In this document: in pieces, positions 21,020 through 44,389 of the stretch
Layout of the letters: each line of letters begins with the position of its first letter
Numbering within the stretch: position 1 is the stretch's first letter
NCBI RefSeq assembly: GCF_048593235.1
Contig: NC_133621.1
Location: 219,067,238-219,131,237, forward strand
Direction of reading: 5' to 3'
From: Sminthopsis crassicaudata
Lineage: Eukaryota
DNA: 64,000 nt
The notes under the pieces: generated by a model
The model's database searches: none
Seen by the model: only the letters and a program-made list of their open reading frames with translations
Told to the model about the DNA's origin: nothing
Program-made: the position numbers and the translations under genes

Positions 21020-23572
21020 GTAAGGGGGCTGGGAGTGAAGCGTGGCTCCCGGGTATGCGGGCGTAGAGTCTCCGAAGCTGGCGGACGGGCGGCCCCACAC
21101 AGGAGCGCAGGCGCCCCAGACTTAGCACCAGCAATGAGTTTTGTTACCTAACTCGACCACCCCACCCCTCCCCACGACCCCCCACTCTCCACCCCTCGAG
21201 TAGGTCCTTTGACCCCCCCCAACCACGCCCCTTCGTATATTCTGATTTAAATACTCTCCCCAGGTCTTCCTCAATTTCCACTTCCCCATCCCCCATCCCT
21301 GGCACCCTAATTCTACCGAGAGAAGTGGGGTCTCACTAGGTGGTGGGCGAGGAAGGCTTAAAACTATATGTAATTTATTAACGTCGCATTTTAGGGAGGA
21401 GGGGCGAGGGCGGGACCTCCGGATGTTCGTTCTGAGTAGGACTGACTGCCACTGCTGCGGGAGGTGGGACTACTCACTTCTCACTTTCTCTCATATATAT
21501 GAGGCTTTTAATAGCAGATAATTTTTTTTCTTGTTATTGATGCACAGTCAGGAAGGAAGGAGAAATACGAATGAACATCAAGCATTTTGCACCAGACTCA
21601 CAAAAAACAAAACAAAAAACTGAAGTCATGTGGAGTGAAGGCTTTGGCACATTATCTAACTTAGGTGGTAATCCAGATCTCTGGGAATGTACCGTTAAAC
21701 TTCTTCCAGTACCTGAGTTGGATTTCACTCAGTTCAGTCTAGGGTTTAACCTATAAAATCAGGGTGATTCAGTTAATTTTCACAAATTTCTTGTTTTCTT
21801 TCCCCCTAAAATCCTTATATTCTTTCCAATTTTTAATGATCCAAGAGTTAAGTACTCTCCAGAGCATATTTATTACATGGGGGGAAATGTATACATATAT
21901 AATAATAATATATCCATATTTATTTATACATGTATTATGCACATGTGTACATGCATGTATTGGAATAGTTACACAGGGCAGTATACACATGTGTATTGTC
22001 TGGTTGCGTGTGTTTTGTTTGTGCATGCATGTACACATTTATCATGCAGTGTATATACATGTATATATATGTTTGTGTATTTACCTTTAAATGCATAGGT
22101 GGATAGAAAGATAGATTTAAACCCCTAAAATCTCAATATTTCCAGAGTCTCTGTCTTTGGTATTTAGCTAGGTATGCACATGATTTTTGCATAAATTTAT
22201 TCCCTGCTCTACTTCCTCTTTGTCTTCATATCACTTTGGTTTCCCTTCCCCTATTTATTGAAACCCCTCTTATGACCAAGATTAAAAACAGTTCACCAAA
22301 ACCAGTCCACACAGAAACTGTACAGTATTCTAGCATCATAATACTTCATCTCTTCAATAAAGGGACAGGGCTCTATTTTTTCAGTTCTTTGAAAAGCTCA
22401 GTCGTAATTACAGAGCATTCAATTTTCAAAAATTGTCCTTTTACTTTTTAGTCATTGTGCATGTTATATATTTTTCCCTAAGTAAAAGTTTCTCTTATAT
22501 TAGCTACTTTGATTTCATTTATGCCAAACTTTTCAATTTCATGTAATCAACATTATCTGCTTCATCTTTTGTGATTGTCTCTTTATCTTATTTTAAGAAT
22601 GTCCTCTCTAGTCATAATTGTGATGCTCCATCCCTTTTCCTCCAAATTTTAACAATATGATTTTAAAATTTTTTCTAACATGCATTTGTAATTCATTGTG
22701 GTGTATAGATGCCAGACAGCTATGTGCTTCAGTGAATGTAGTGCTGGGTCTAAAGTGAAAAGACTTGATATGATATAAATAAAGATATGAACTCAGCTAT
22801 TAGCTAGATGACCTTACACAAGTCACTGAAGCTGTCTAATCCTCAGTCTTATCTTTTAAATGGACATAATAATATTTCTACCTTGCAGGTTTACTGTTAG
22901 GTTAAAATGAGATCATATATGTAAAATTCTTTGTAATTTTAAAGCAGTAGGTAAAATGTTAGCTATTATATTGTTGATAAGATCTAAAACTATATTTTTG
23001 CTAAGCTGCTTACTCGTTTCCCCAGATTTTTGTCAGTTCTTCTTCCAAGAAGTTTATGTTCTCAGTTCATTGAACATAAAGTTGAGTTTGATTATTTCTG
23101 GTTCTTGCTTCATTAATATTTTCCACTGATTGACTTTGCTATGTTTTAGTCAATACCCAATAATTTTGTTAGTTACTATTTTACAATACAATTTTGAAGT
23201 CTGAAAGAGCCATCCTACCTTTAGTATCTCTTTTTTTATTTATTTACCCTGAAATTGCAGATATTTGTTCCTCCAGATGAATTTGGTTAATATTTTGTCT
23301 AGCTCTTTAAATTATATCCTTGGATAGTTTGGAATAGAGCAATAAATTTACATTATGGTATTATCATTCCTATGATATTGGTCTAGCCTAACCATGGAAA
23401 AATGAGTAGTTCTTCAATAATTTTAGCTTTGCTTTAAATAATTATTGATATCTTTTGCATTTGCATTACTTTCATTTCTTAATTTATTACTCTTACCCCT
23501 TTAAAATAGCAGCCCATACCTTGTAACAAAGAACACAAAAAAAATAATGAAGAAAAAGTGTAGATCCTCCAA

Positions 23573-23913
23573 TGTTGTCTCCAGAAACTGACGATTGCTC
23601 TCTGGTCTAGAGGAGAGACTTCTTCCTCCAGAGAGCCGCCTCAACTCTGACCTAGAACAGAGACTTTCTCTCTCTGGAGTGCCACCCTCTTTTATCCTCC
23701 CAGAGAATGGGCGTGGGATAACGCAAGGGCTTCTGGGAAAAATTACTTCAACCAATGAACTTGCTTCTCCTAGGCATGCAAGCTCCTCCCCAAGGAGTTC
23801 ACAAGTAAAACTCCCAGTAAAGGCCGGAATTAGAGAATTGCCAAGTACTGACTTAGCACTTAGTAAGAACTTATCATTTCATTATCTCATTAGCACTTAG
23901 TAAGAACCTAACA
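23573..23913 (-). mobile_element. Solo LTR (341 bp), probably ERV2/betaretrovirus-like, in STAT2 intron 1
   Basis: TG...CA ends; perfect 6-bp TSD CTCCAA (23567-23572, 23914-23919); internal 18-bp direct repeat ttagcacttagtaagaac (23853-23870, 23890-23907); TATA-like GATAAAAG on the minus strand. Confidence 0.8.
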
Positions 23914-24042
23914 CTCCAACTAACCAACACACCAGTGAAATCTGTACAATGGAATCAGTATGTACAGTGTTCCATTTTCAAATAGCACCCTGTCTCTGCA
24001 AAGATGGAAGAAGGAGCATTTTTTTTGTCTGTAAAATGAAGA

Positions 24043-24216
24043 NNNNNNNNNNNNNNNNNNNNNNNNNNNNNNNNNNNNNNNNNNNNNNNNNNNNNNNNNN
24101 NNNNNNNNNNNNNNNNNNNNNNNNNNNNNNNNNNNNNNNNNNNNNNNNNNNNNNNNNNNNNNNNNNNNNNNNNNNNNNNNNNNNNNNNNNNNNNNNNNNN
24201 NNNNNNNNNNNNNNNN
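24043..24216. other. Assembly gap (174 N)
   Basis: N run; the right flank starts inside a SINE. Confidence 0.99.
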
Positions 24217-24286
24217 AGACCAGATTTGAACTCGAGTCCTGAATTTAGGGCTGGTGCTCTATCCACTGCACCACCTAGCTGCCCCC
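24217..24286 (-). mobile_element. WSINE1-like tRNA-derived CORE SINE, 5' part
   Basis: Reverse complement ggggcagctaggtggtgcagtggatagagcacc (A box) and gagttcaaat (B box). Confidence 0.8.
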
Positions 24287-24892
24287 TTCTTATATCTCTT
24301 TTAAAGCTAAACCTGATCCTTATAATTAACCAGTGTTTAATTTATGCACCTATGAATTGTGTTTGTTAATTTTTTACTCATTAGACAGTAATTTTCCATT
24401 ATATTAATTTATTATAATTTGCTTAACCATTCTTCAATTAAAGAGCTTCTTTGTTTTCAATTCTTTGCCTTCACAAAAAGTGCTACGTAACTCTTGGCAT
24501 ATAATATTCCTGTCTTTTACCTGCTTGACATATGTGCTCAGCAGATACACGCTTGGATTAAAGGATATGGATGTCACTTTTTAAAAAATATTATTCCAAA
24601 TTGCTTTCTAATATGGTTAGTTCTATTCACCGCCCAATCAATTGTATATTATTAATAGTGTCTGAATTTCTTCAGCCTCTCAAAAAATGTAAACTAGTTT
24701 CATATTTTGTTTTCTTTGCCAATTTGCTGAGTGTGGTATAAAATCTCAAAATTTTTAATTTTTGTTACTTTTATTATTAGTGATTTGGAGCAGTTTTTCA
24801 TATGGTTGTGAATTGTTTGTATTTCTTTTAGAACTGTTTGTCCTTATCCTTTGATCACATCCAATGAGAAATAGTTCTTTATTTTATATTTA

Positions 24893-25035
24893 TGTTAGAG
24901 GTACATAGATATCACAATGGATAGAACACTGGCCCTGAAATCAGGAGGAACTGAGTTCAAATGCAACATTCAGACTTACAAGCTGTGAGACCCTGGACTA
25001 GTCACTTAATTCCAATTGTCTCTCCAAAAAAAAAA
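24893..25035 (+). mobile_element. WSINE1-like SINE, diverged
   Basis: tggatagaacactggccctg...gagttcaaat...gtcacttaa followed by an A-tail. Confidence 0.7.
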
Positions 25036-27694
25036 ATATATATGTGTGTGTATATGATATTTATGCTAATTTATAGTTTAGTAACTAATTAATTCCTTTG
25101 CATTTTAGTTTTGTGAGCATGTGATTGGGATAATAGGTTCAAATAATTTTTTCTTATGTTTTTGAAATTTTGTCTTGTTCATTTCTTATTTTCCTCTTTG
25201 AGGATACTTATGTTGTTTTTGTTAATTTTAATCTTTTCAAAGAATTAGCTCTTAGCTTTGTTTCTCATTTCAGTAACCTTATTTTAATTTTACATATTTC
25301 TGTAGTTTTCAAGATTTCTTTTGTGCTTTTTTTGGTATTTATTTGTTTACTTTCTAATTTTTAAGATGCATACTAAATTGATTAAACTAAATTGATTTTT
25401 GTTTCACTTATGTATGTTTTCAGATACTTTTTTCCCACTGAGGATAATTTTAGATTCATCCCAGAAATGTTGTATTGTTTCATTATTATCATTTTCTTTC
25501 ACCTAATTACTGTTTCTAGGAATTATTTAGTTGTCTGAATATCATTATTAAGTCTTCATTTTTTTCTCTATCTTTTACTATGACTATTTATATTATATTA
25601 TGTAAAGGATGTATTTAGTATATCTACTTCTTTATATTCCAATCTTCTCTATGTCCTGGTATGAGGTCCCATGTGGTACTAAAACTGTGTTTATATGTTT
25701 ATTCTTTAATGTTACTATTCTGAAGATGATACAGATCTTTTCAGATCTATTTTTTCTACAAGTTTGTTCAGCTTCACATTTTCCATTTTATATCTTTTTT
25801 CAGTTAAATTTATTCAGCTCAGAAAAAGGAATATTAAAATCTATAACTATTATATAATTATCTAGACCTTTTTTCAATTTAGTTAACTTTTCTTTGGGAA
25901 TTTAAATGTATATTTGATATATACACATTAAATGCTCATATTAGTTCTTTGATTATGATACCTACAAGTATCTTGTGGTTTCTTTCCTAATCTCTTTTAA
26001 CATTGTGAGTTTTTATTTTTGTTTTATCTAATAGCAGAATTGGCAACATCTGCTTTTTAAAATATCATGAGAAGCAGCTAGTTGGTACAGTAGATAGAGT
26101 ACTGTCTCTAGAGTCACAAAAAATAAAATTAAACCCTCAGACATGAGCTAGCTGTAAAACCCTGGGCAAGGCACTTAATATTGCCAGTTTTCTAAACTAT
26201 AAAATAGGACCAATAACAGCTCCTACCATTGCAGAGTTGTTGTGAGGATCTAATAAAATAGTATTTTAAAAGCAGGTAGCATAGTACTTAGCACATAATC
26301 AGTTCTATATAATTATTAGCTATTACTGTATTATCATTACCTTTCATTTATCTCATTTTCATTCTGCATTTTTTTTATGTTCTTCTTGTCTGTGCAAATT
26401 ATTGGACTTTGTTTAATCCAGATTGTTACACTTTTATTTCATTGGATTGCTTAACTTTAAGGTCATTTATGTTTTCCTCCATTTATTTATTTTTAATTTA
26501 TTTTATTTTTATCCCTTTTCTCTTTTTGGTGATTAGTTTTTCTTATACTATTTTGATTTTTTTTAAAGTACAGACTCTTCCCTCCCTTTTACTGGAACTA
26601 TCCTGAATTGTTTGAATTTAAATATATTATATCTTAATTTTTATTTATTTGTTTCTCTTCTTTTAACCCTTCTTCCCCTCAATCTCTCAGCTTCTTCCTT
26701 CTGCTCTTAGGATCCTTTTGGCTTATGAATTTATGCCAGGCTTTTATAAGGGCATTTTCTCTTATTATTTTGTGAATCTTTTTTTTTTTTTTTTTGCATT
26801 TCCCATTAGCATCAGTTTTTTGGCTTTCTGCTTTCCACTGGGGAAATACTTAAGGCACAAATTAAGTTTATACCTCATACCATATGCCAAGACAACCTCC
26901 AAATGAAAGCATGACCTAAAAATAAAAAGTCATATCATAAACAAATTAGTGGCAGGTGTCACTTCTGTACAAGTATCATAAGAAGATGTCCATCCTTATA
27001 TCTACTCTCTATCTCCACATAATCTTATGTGGCATGTTCCCTTCACAGACCAGGCCCTAACTGCACAGCAAACAGAAAGCAATTACTTAGTGTCTAGGGG
27101 AGGGAGAGGGAGGAAAGGAGGGAGAAAAGGAGGGAGAAAAATTTGAATCGCAAGATTCTTCAAGAATGAATGTTGAAAAAAATTTTTACATGTATTTTGA
27201 AAATATAAAGCTATTATTAAATATATATCTATAAGTACTTTACATTGTTTAGCCATTTCCTTTATTTTTCTTTATTTCTCCTGAATAATGTGTTTGTGTT
27301 TCAAAGATTCTACCTACCTAGCTTTCAGATTTAAAGAAAAGGTAAGAATTCATAATGAAACAAATTATAAAGAAGATAATGAAATAAAATGCACAATATT
27401 GATCTAAAAGTTTTTGCATAAACAAATCTAATGTAGTAAATTTTAAAAGAGAATTATTTAGGAGAATAGCAAGTGCCCAAGGTAAAAATTAGCACTGCTT
27501 TGTTCCTTTTAAGAGGGATTCTGCTGGATATTTTTTCATCTGTTGAACTCTCACATCATTTACTGTAATGCCATAAGGCTCTTTAGCCCCATACTTCCTC
27601 TTTGCCACTTTCAATATGTAGACCTTATAGGAGAAATTCGTAGATAACATAGTAAGAGGCTGTCAAGGGAAGTGTTATATAAAATTATGAGCTC

Positions 27695-28986
27695 ATTGAG
27701 GGCAGAGTCTATACCCATTTTAAAAAATGACATTCAGTCATATGGCTTTTTATCTTTTTTTAGTGATAAATTTCATTTTAACACCACAAATCTAAAAATG
27801 TAAACTAAACCAAAATATGCTCCTCAAAAGAAGTAAGCATATTTTGTAGATACTTGTGTATATTTGTATTGTTCCTGTAGAGTGTAAGCTTCTTGAGGTC
27901 AGGAACTGTACTTTTTTTGTTTTTGAGTCTCCATCACCTAGCACAGTACCTTATATTTAGCTGATGTTTAATAAATTTCAACAATGAAATTTATGAATTG
28001 TTTGAATTGAATAATACATTAGTATCTGCTCCTATGTACTTTTTACCATGTGCTTTTCAGATATTTTATTATTATTTTTGCTTTTATTTAGTTTACTTTT
28101 ATGACAAAGAAAAATAATTAAGCAAAAACACTCCCCAAGAGTAACTACATCTGACAATGCATATAACATTTCACCCTAGGAGTCTCCTTCATCTCTGCGA
28201 GAGGTTGGAAGTATCTTTCATTACCCAAACTCGATTCATAACCATTGTTGATTATTACATAGAATTCAACTTCTTCTCTTTTTGTTATATTTTTGTCTCT
28301 GATTATTCCATTGTGTCAGCAGTTCATGGAAATTTTTCCATGTGTATCTGAATAACTCATTCCTCATTTTCTTCTGTGTAGTACTATCCTATTTTAGTCA
28401 TAGATTTAAAATCAGAAGGGATCTTAGAAGTCCTTGACTCCAAGTGGATCAGGAAACTGAGATACTTGACACTGAGTGGTTCAGTGATCTGCCCCGGGTC
28501 ACACAACTAGAAAAATGTCTGCCTTGTCATTCAGACTTAGACCTTCTTGGTTCCAAATCCAGCACTCTTTCCGTTATGACACCTGGCTGTCCTGGGCCCA
28601 GTTTCTTTAGCCATTCTCTAGTTGCTGAGCACCTTTGTAATTTCCAGTTCTTTGCTACCAGGAAAAAGTGCTACCAGGAATATTTTCTCTTGTTTTAGTT
28701 TTTGTTTCTATCTTTGACCTTCATGGATTATGTGCTCTATAGTGAAATTTCTGGGTCAGAGGTATATGGAGACTCAAAGACAAAAACAGTACAGCTCCTG
28801 ACCTCAAGGAGCTTACCCTTTACAAGGACATATATACAAATATCTATAAAACATGCCTAGGGGAGTATATTTTGGTTTAGTTTGCATTTTAGGTTTTGGT
28901 GTCAAAATAAAATTTATCACTGAAAAAAGATAAAAAGTCATATGATTGAATGTCATTTTTTAAAATGGGCATAGACTACTCTCAAT
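27695..28986. repeat. Local inverted duplication: arms 27695-27934 and 28766-28986, 831-bp spacer
   Basis: The reverse complement of arm B aligns end to end with arm A, about 85-88% identity by eye. Confidence 0.85.
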
Positions 28987-30204
28987 TTCTTGAATAATCC
29001 TAAATCAATATCATATAGTTGAATTAGTTTCTAGAGCCACGAACAATGTATTAGTATACTTATCTTCCCCTAGCTCCTCAAATACTGACATATCTGCTTT
29101 TTTTCCTCTTTTATATGCCTTCCCATATGTTTAAAATTCTTCTTATTCTTTGTTCTTTACAGTACAACAATATTCCATCACATTGTCATTCCACAATTTA
29201 GTAAGCCATTACCAGGTTGTTGAGTAGTTTGCAATTTTCTGCCATTAAAATAGTGGTATTATAAATATATTTTTTAAAGATAATGCTTTTCATACTGTCA
29301 GTAATAATCCTAGTGAGAGTACTACACTAAAGGTTATGGACATTTTTGTAAGTTTGCATAATTTCATATTGTTTTCTATTCATGTATACATGGAAGCACA
29401 TCATTCCTAGGAATTTGTGATCTCTAAAGGGAAGGGTCAGGCTCTTTTGTCTCCAGCTCTTTATATCTCTACCCCAAAATTTCAAAGGAATCATTTAGAG
29501 ATTAGGTTTGCTCATATCTAAAAATCTCTTTAAAGCAAGGAATAGAAAGGGGAATGTACATTGTAAATCAGATATAGGACAGCTATTTACTTCTTTCAAC
29601 CAGAATAAATCCAGAAAATAGAAAAGGTCCAAACAAGCGTGTCTTAATAAAAATTTAAACAAGGAGTTTTTTAAACAAGCAGTATTTTATAATTAGTTAT
29701 GCTTTCCCTGGAAGTTGAAACTTAAAATATCAAAACCTGTATTGCAGTACTCCCCATCAGTTGTTCCTATTCCCCATCTCCAACCTTCACCTCTTCAAGG
29801 AAGTGAGGGAGAATCATTTCCTCATTTTTTTTCTCTAACGCCATTATAGTTTACAGAGTACTGGCCTTATTTTCTTTTCCTTTACCTTACTACACTTCTT
29901 GTGTGTGTGTGTGTGTAATTTCCATGGTTCTGCTTGCTTCACTCTGCATCGATGCCTATAATTTTTGTCATATTTCTCTAAATTTCTTTAATTAATTTCT
30001 TATGATATAAAGATAATTTGTTATATTCAGGTATCCACTTGGTTTCTAGTTCTTTGCTAATAAAAAAAAGTGCTTAAAAAAGTGGATATTGTGTTTTTTA
30101 CATAAGCCTTTTTTTTTTCTTTTCTATCTTTAAACTCATTGGAGTATACATTCTATTTTGAGGACTCAGGGAAATAAGGCTCAGGAAGGTCATATTAAGA
30201 GGCA

Positions 30205-30640
30205 CACTTCCATCAATTGGGGAATGGCTGAATAAGTTATGATATATGAAAGTAATGGAATATTATTGTTTTATAAAAAATGATGAGCAAGCTGATTATA
30301 GAAATGCCTGGAAAGATATACACAAATTGATGCTGAGTGAAACAAGCAGAACTAAGAATATATTGTACACAGTAACAGCAAAATTGTGCAGTGATCAACA
30401 ATGAAAAACTTGGTTCTTCTCAGTAGTTCAGTGATCCAAGACAATCCTAATAAACTTTGAATGGAAAATGCCTATGCATCCAGAGAGAGAACTATGGAGA
30501 TTGAATGTAAATTAACACATGCCATGTTCACTTTTTTTTCCTTTTTTTTTTTTCCTCATAGTTTTTCTCTTTTGTTCTAATTTTTTTTCTCCTAACATGA
30601 TTCATAAAGAAATATGTATTTTAAAAAAGAGGCACAATCA
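30205..30640 (+). mobile_element. Older LINE-1 ORF2-end/3' UTR fragment
   Basis: ccatcaattggggaatggctgaataagttatg...gatgctgagtgaaacaagcagaac. Confidence 0.75.
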
Positions 30641-31482
30641 AGGTCCCATAGTACCCCATAACTCAGGTCTTCACTCCCAGATTGGGACATTGTCTGTCTA
30701 CACTACTGAGCAGGTATCCCCTTGGGAGGTGCCAGTTAAACTGCATGCATGGCACCTATTAGTGTTTATACAAAAGCAATTAGAAAGCAAGCAGAAGGTT
30801 AGGCACTGGTCATGAGCCTGCTGCAGACAAGTGAGACTGAAGCATGACAAAATGAACAAGCCCTCATCTTGCTGATCTTACATACTATATAGTTAGATAT
30901 GTTATACAACTAGATCTGTGTTTTGGAGTCAGTTTAGAAAGTGGCATTTTCTAGTTACCCACCGTTAGTGCCAGGCCTCTCTTCTGCTTCCAGCTCTGTA
31001 AAGAGCTGATTGTAGACCGTGGAATGCATTTGCTCCTGAGTACTGTGGGAACCAGATAAAAATGTAATTGGAAATTATTTAATAAAATATAAAAATACAG
31101 GGATTCTTACATACATTTTAGTAGCCTGTTTGTAATTTTACTTTGATATCACTGATCTAGTCTAACGTTTTGGTTTTACAGATGAAAAAAACTGAGAGGT
31201 GCCAAATTCTGAAATGACTTATTTCATAGTTCTTAGTAGTTATAGCTCTTAAGTCATAAAAGAAGGATTCAAATTCAGACTCCTGATCCCAATTCCATGG
31301 TATTTTCTATAATACCACATTATATCCTTGAAACTCTGTTACCTCATCTATAAAATGAGAATTCTCTGACTATCCATCACTCAAGATTGCTATGAAGGAA
31401 GAGTTCTATAAACCATAAAACACTATATATATGTGTATAATATATATAGACTTATATTGTTTCTATAACAGGAATGTATTTG

Positions 31483-31626
31483 TTTTTGTTTTTTTAATTA
31501 ATTTTATAATTATAAATTTTTTTGACAGTATATATGCATGAGTAATTTTTTTATAACATTATCCCTTGTATTCATTTTTCCAAATTTTCTCCTCCCTCCC
31601 TCTACTCCCTAATCTCATACATTTTA
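31483..31626 (-). mobile_element. Short L1 3'-end insertion ~150 bp upstream of the STAT2 start codon
   Basis: T-tract plus L1 3' UTR; 16-bp TSD AACAGGAATRTATTTG (31467-31482, 31627-31642). Confidence 0.8.
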
Positions 31627-31781
31627 AACAGGAATATATTTGGCCAGAAGAGATCTTACTGTTCTTCTGAGTTTGAGCCAGATCCATCTAAACTATAAAA
31701 ATTTACAGTGTGCCTGGAGCTGACCCTGCAGATTCACACTTGGATAATCTTTGTGCTGTGGCCTCTCGTGTCTAATCCTGG

Positions 31782-42853
<11,072 letters not shown>

Positions 42854-44142
42854 GAATAAAATTTCTATCCCTTTCCTTTGTTTGGTAGAGATCAATAGCC
42901 TGGTTTTTGTTTGTTTGGGGGGAAGGGAGATAGAATTAGGAAAAGGAAGAAACAAAGTTTCACAGTTTCCTTTTCTCCCATGCCCAGTATCAAATTGTTG
43001 CTTTCTTCCCTGTGAAATGCTGTATACCCAGTTTTTCTTTGTAAAGGATGAGCATTGTCTGCCTTATTTTACTCTGTGAGGCTCTCTACCAAAATGGGAG
43101 TGGAGTGATTAGACCCAATAATGACTTGGTTCTCTAGTCATTTGAAGTTTACAAAGCACTTTTCTCATTAACAGTAGCCACTCTGTGAAGCAAGTAGAAG
43201 TCCTACTGTATTCATTTTACAGATAGGAATTTATCTGTGGTCATGCAGCTCTGTGAACTCAACCCCAGAATTCCTGATTCTGTTGTGTGCTCTTCCTGTG
43301 CTGCTTTTCTATCTTGTATTTGCTCTTGTTACCCCTGGAAAAAAGTCTCACATGTGCACTTTGATAGCTGGAACCATTTACTACAGATGACTAAGGCTTT
43401 GATAACAAATAATGTTGGCAGCCAAGCAGGTTTTGATATTATGATGGTTATCCAGTGTAAGAGCAAAGCCAATATAATAAACTATGTTCTTTTACAGCTA
43501 TCTTGTTATTTTTCTTCTTTCCCATTTCTGGACAGTGGGGAGGTGGTGCTGAGGAGGAGGAGGAAAAAGTTGGCAACAATAGTGAAAGAGAGGGAAGAAA
43601 GCACCCACTAACCCTTCCCTTATCCCCAAGATTTCAGCTTCCCTAGGGCGATAAAATCCCCTTCAGCGGGGGCCTCAGTGTCCTGTAAGGGAGAATCCCA
43701 TTGGTTTTTTAAGGGAATTTACCCTCATGTCCCCAGAACCTCCTATAAGTTCCAAACTGAACTCTTAATATTCATTCTCTTAATGATTCAAACTCCTTTC
43801 ATTTAGTGATTCTCAATCACTAAATCTTGGGCTGAGAAATTAAGGATAGAGGCAATTGCAGAGCATACAGTTAAGAAGCCCCATCTTCTATTATTTTTAT
43901 CTCCTTGATCTACGTGCTAATGTTAGCATCTACTAGGTGATATTCCTAAGAGAAATGATAGGATTTATCTTGAAGCCTGAAAGACCTTAGAAAACTAATT
44001 AATACTTTCTCTTTCTCTAATCGCCTAAAAGCTGGAAGGATGAATCAAAGGAGGGACATAATTTTCCATTTATGTTCCATCTTTCTCTTTTTCATTAGCC
44101 CTCACACCTGAGAAGCAGATTCAATTTGTATATAAATAAGTT

Positions 44143-44389
44143 TTTATTGAAGAAAATTCATATTAGTATAAATATCATAAATATCTCCCCCCCACAACTC
44201 TTGTGAGGATAAATAATTTTTCCTAATAAATATCTGTTGGCCCAGCCATTCACGCTGCAGTGTTGGTAGTTGTCAATATTCATGATGCTTTATCAGTAGT
44301 CGAAGCATGCAATTCATCATTACTTGGATTTTCCCATGTAGTGAAGGTCTGTTTTAATCCATGTTAATCCTTTGATATTTGAGGTAGTA
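44143..44389 (-). promoter_or_regulatory. IL23A 3' UTR with AU-rich elements and poly(A) signal
   Basis: Minus-strand AATAAA at 44143-44148; four AUUUA pentamers (plus-strand TAAAT at 44169, 44178, 44210, 44227). Confidence 0.8.

Larger units (their letters stand above)
19560..21420. promoter_or_regulatory. CpG island / STAT2 promoter, extending upstream over the APOF coding exon
   Basis: Dense CG dinucleotides in an otherwise CpG-poor background; GC boxes; ETS CGGAAGT near 20291; GAS TTCCCGGAA at 20644-20652. Boundaries approximate. Confidence 0.8.

Noticed and set aside
21470-21492. IRF/ISRE-like tract in STAT2 intron 1 (minus GAGAAAGTGAGAAGTGA)
   Set aside because: Does not match GAAANNGAAA; too degenerate to call
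21870-22100. Alternating purine-pyrimidine (TA/CA/TG) low-complexity tract with several overlapping ORFs
   Set aside because: Decayed microsatellite within old L1 debris; the ORFs are compositional artefacts
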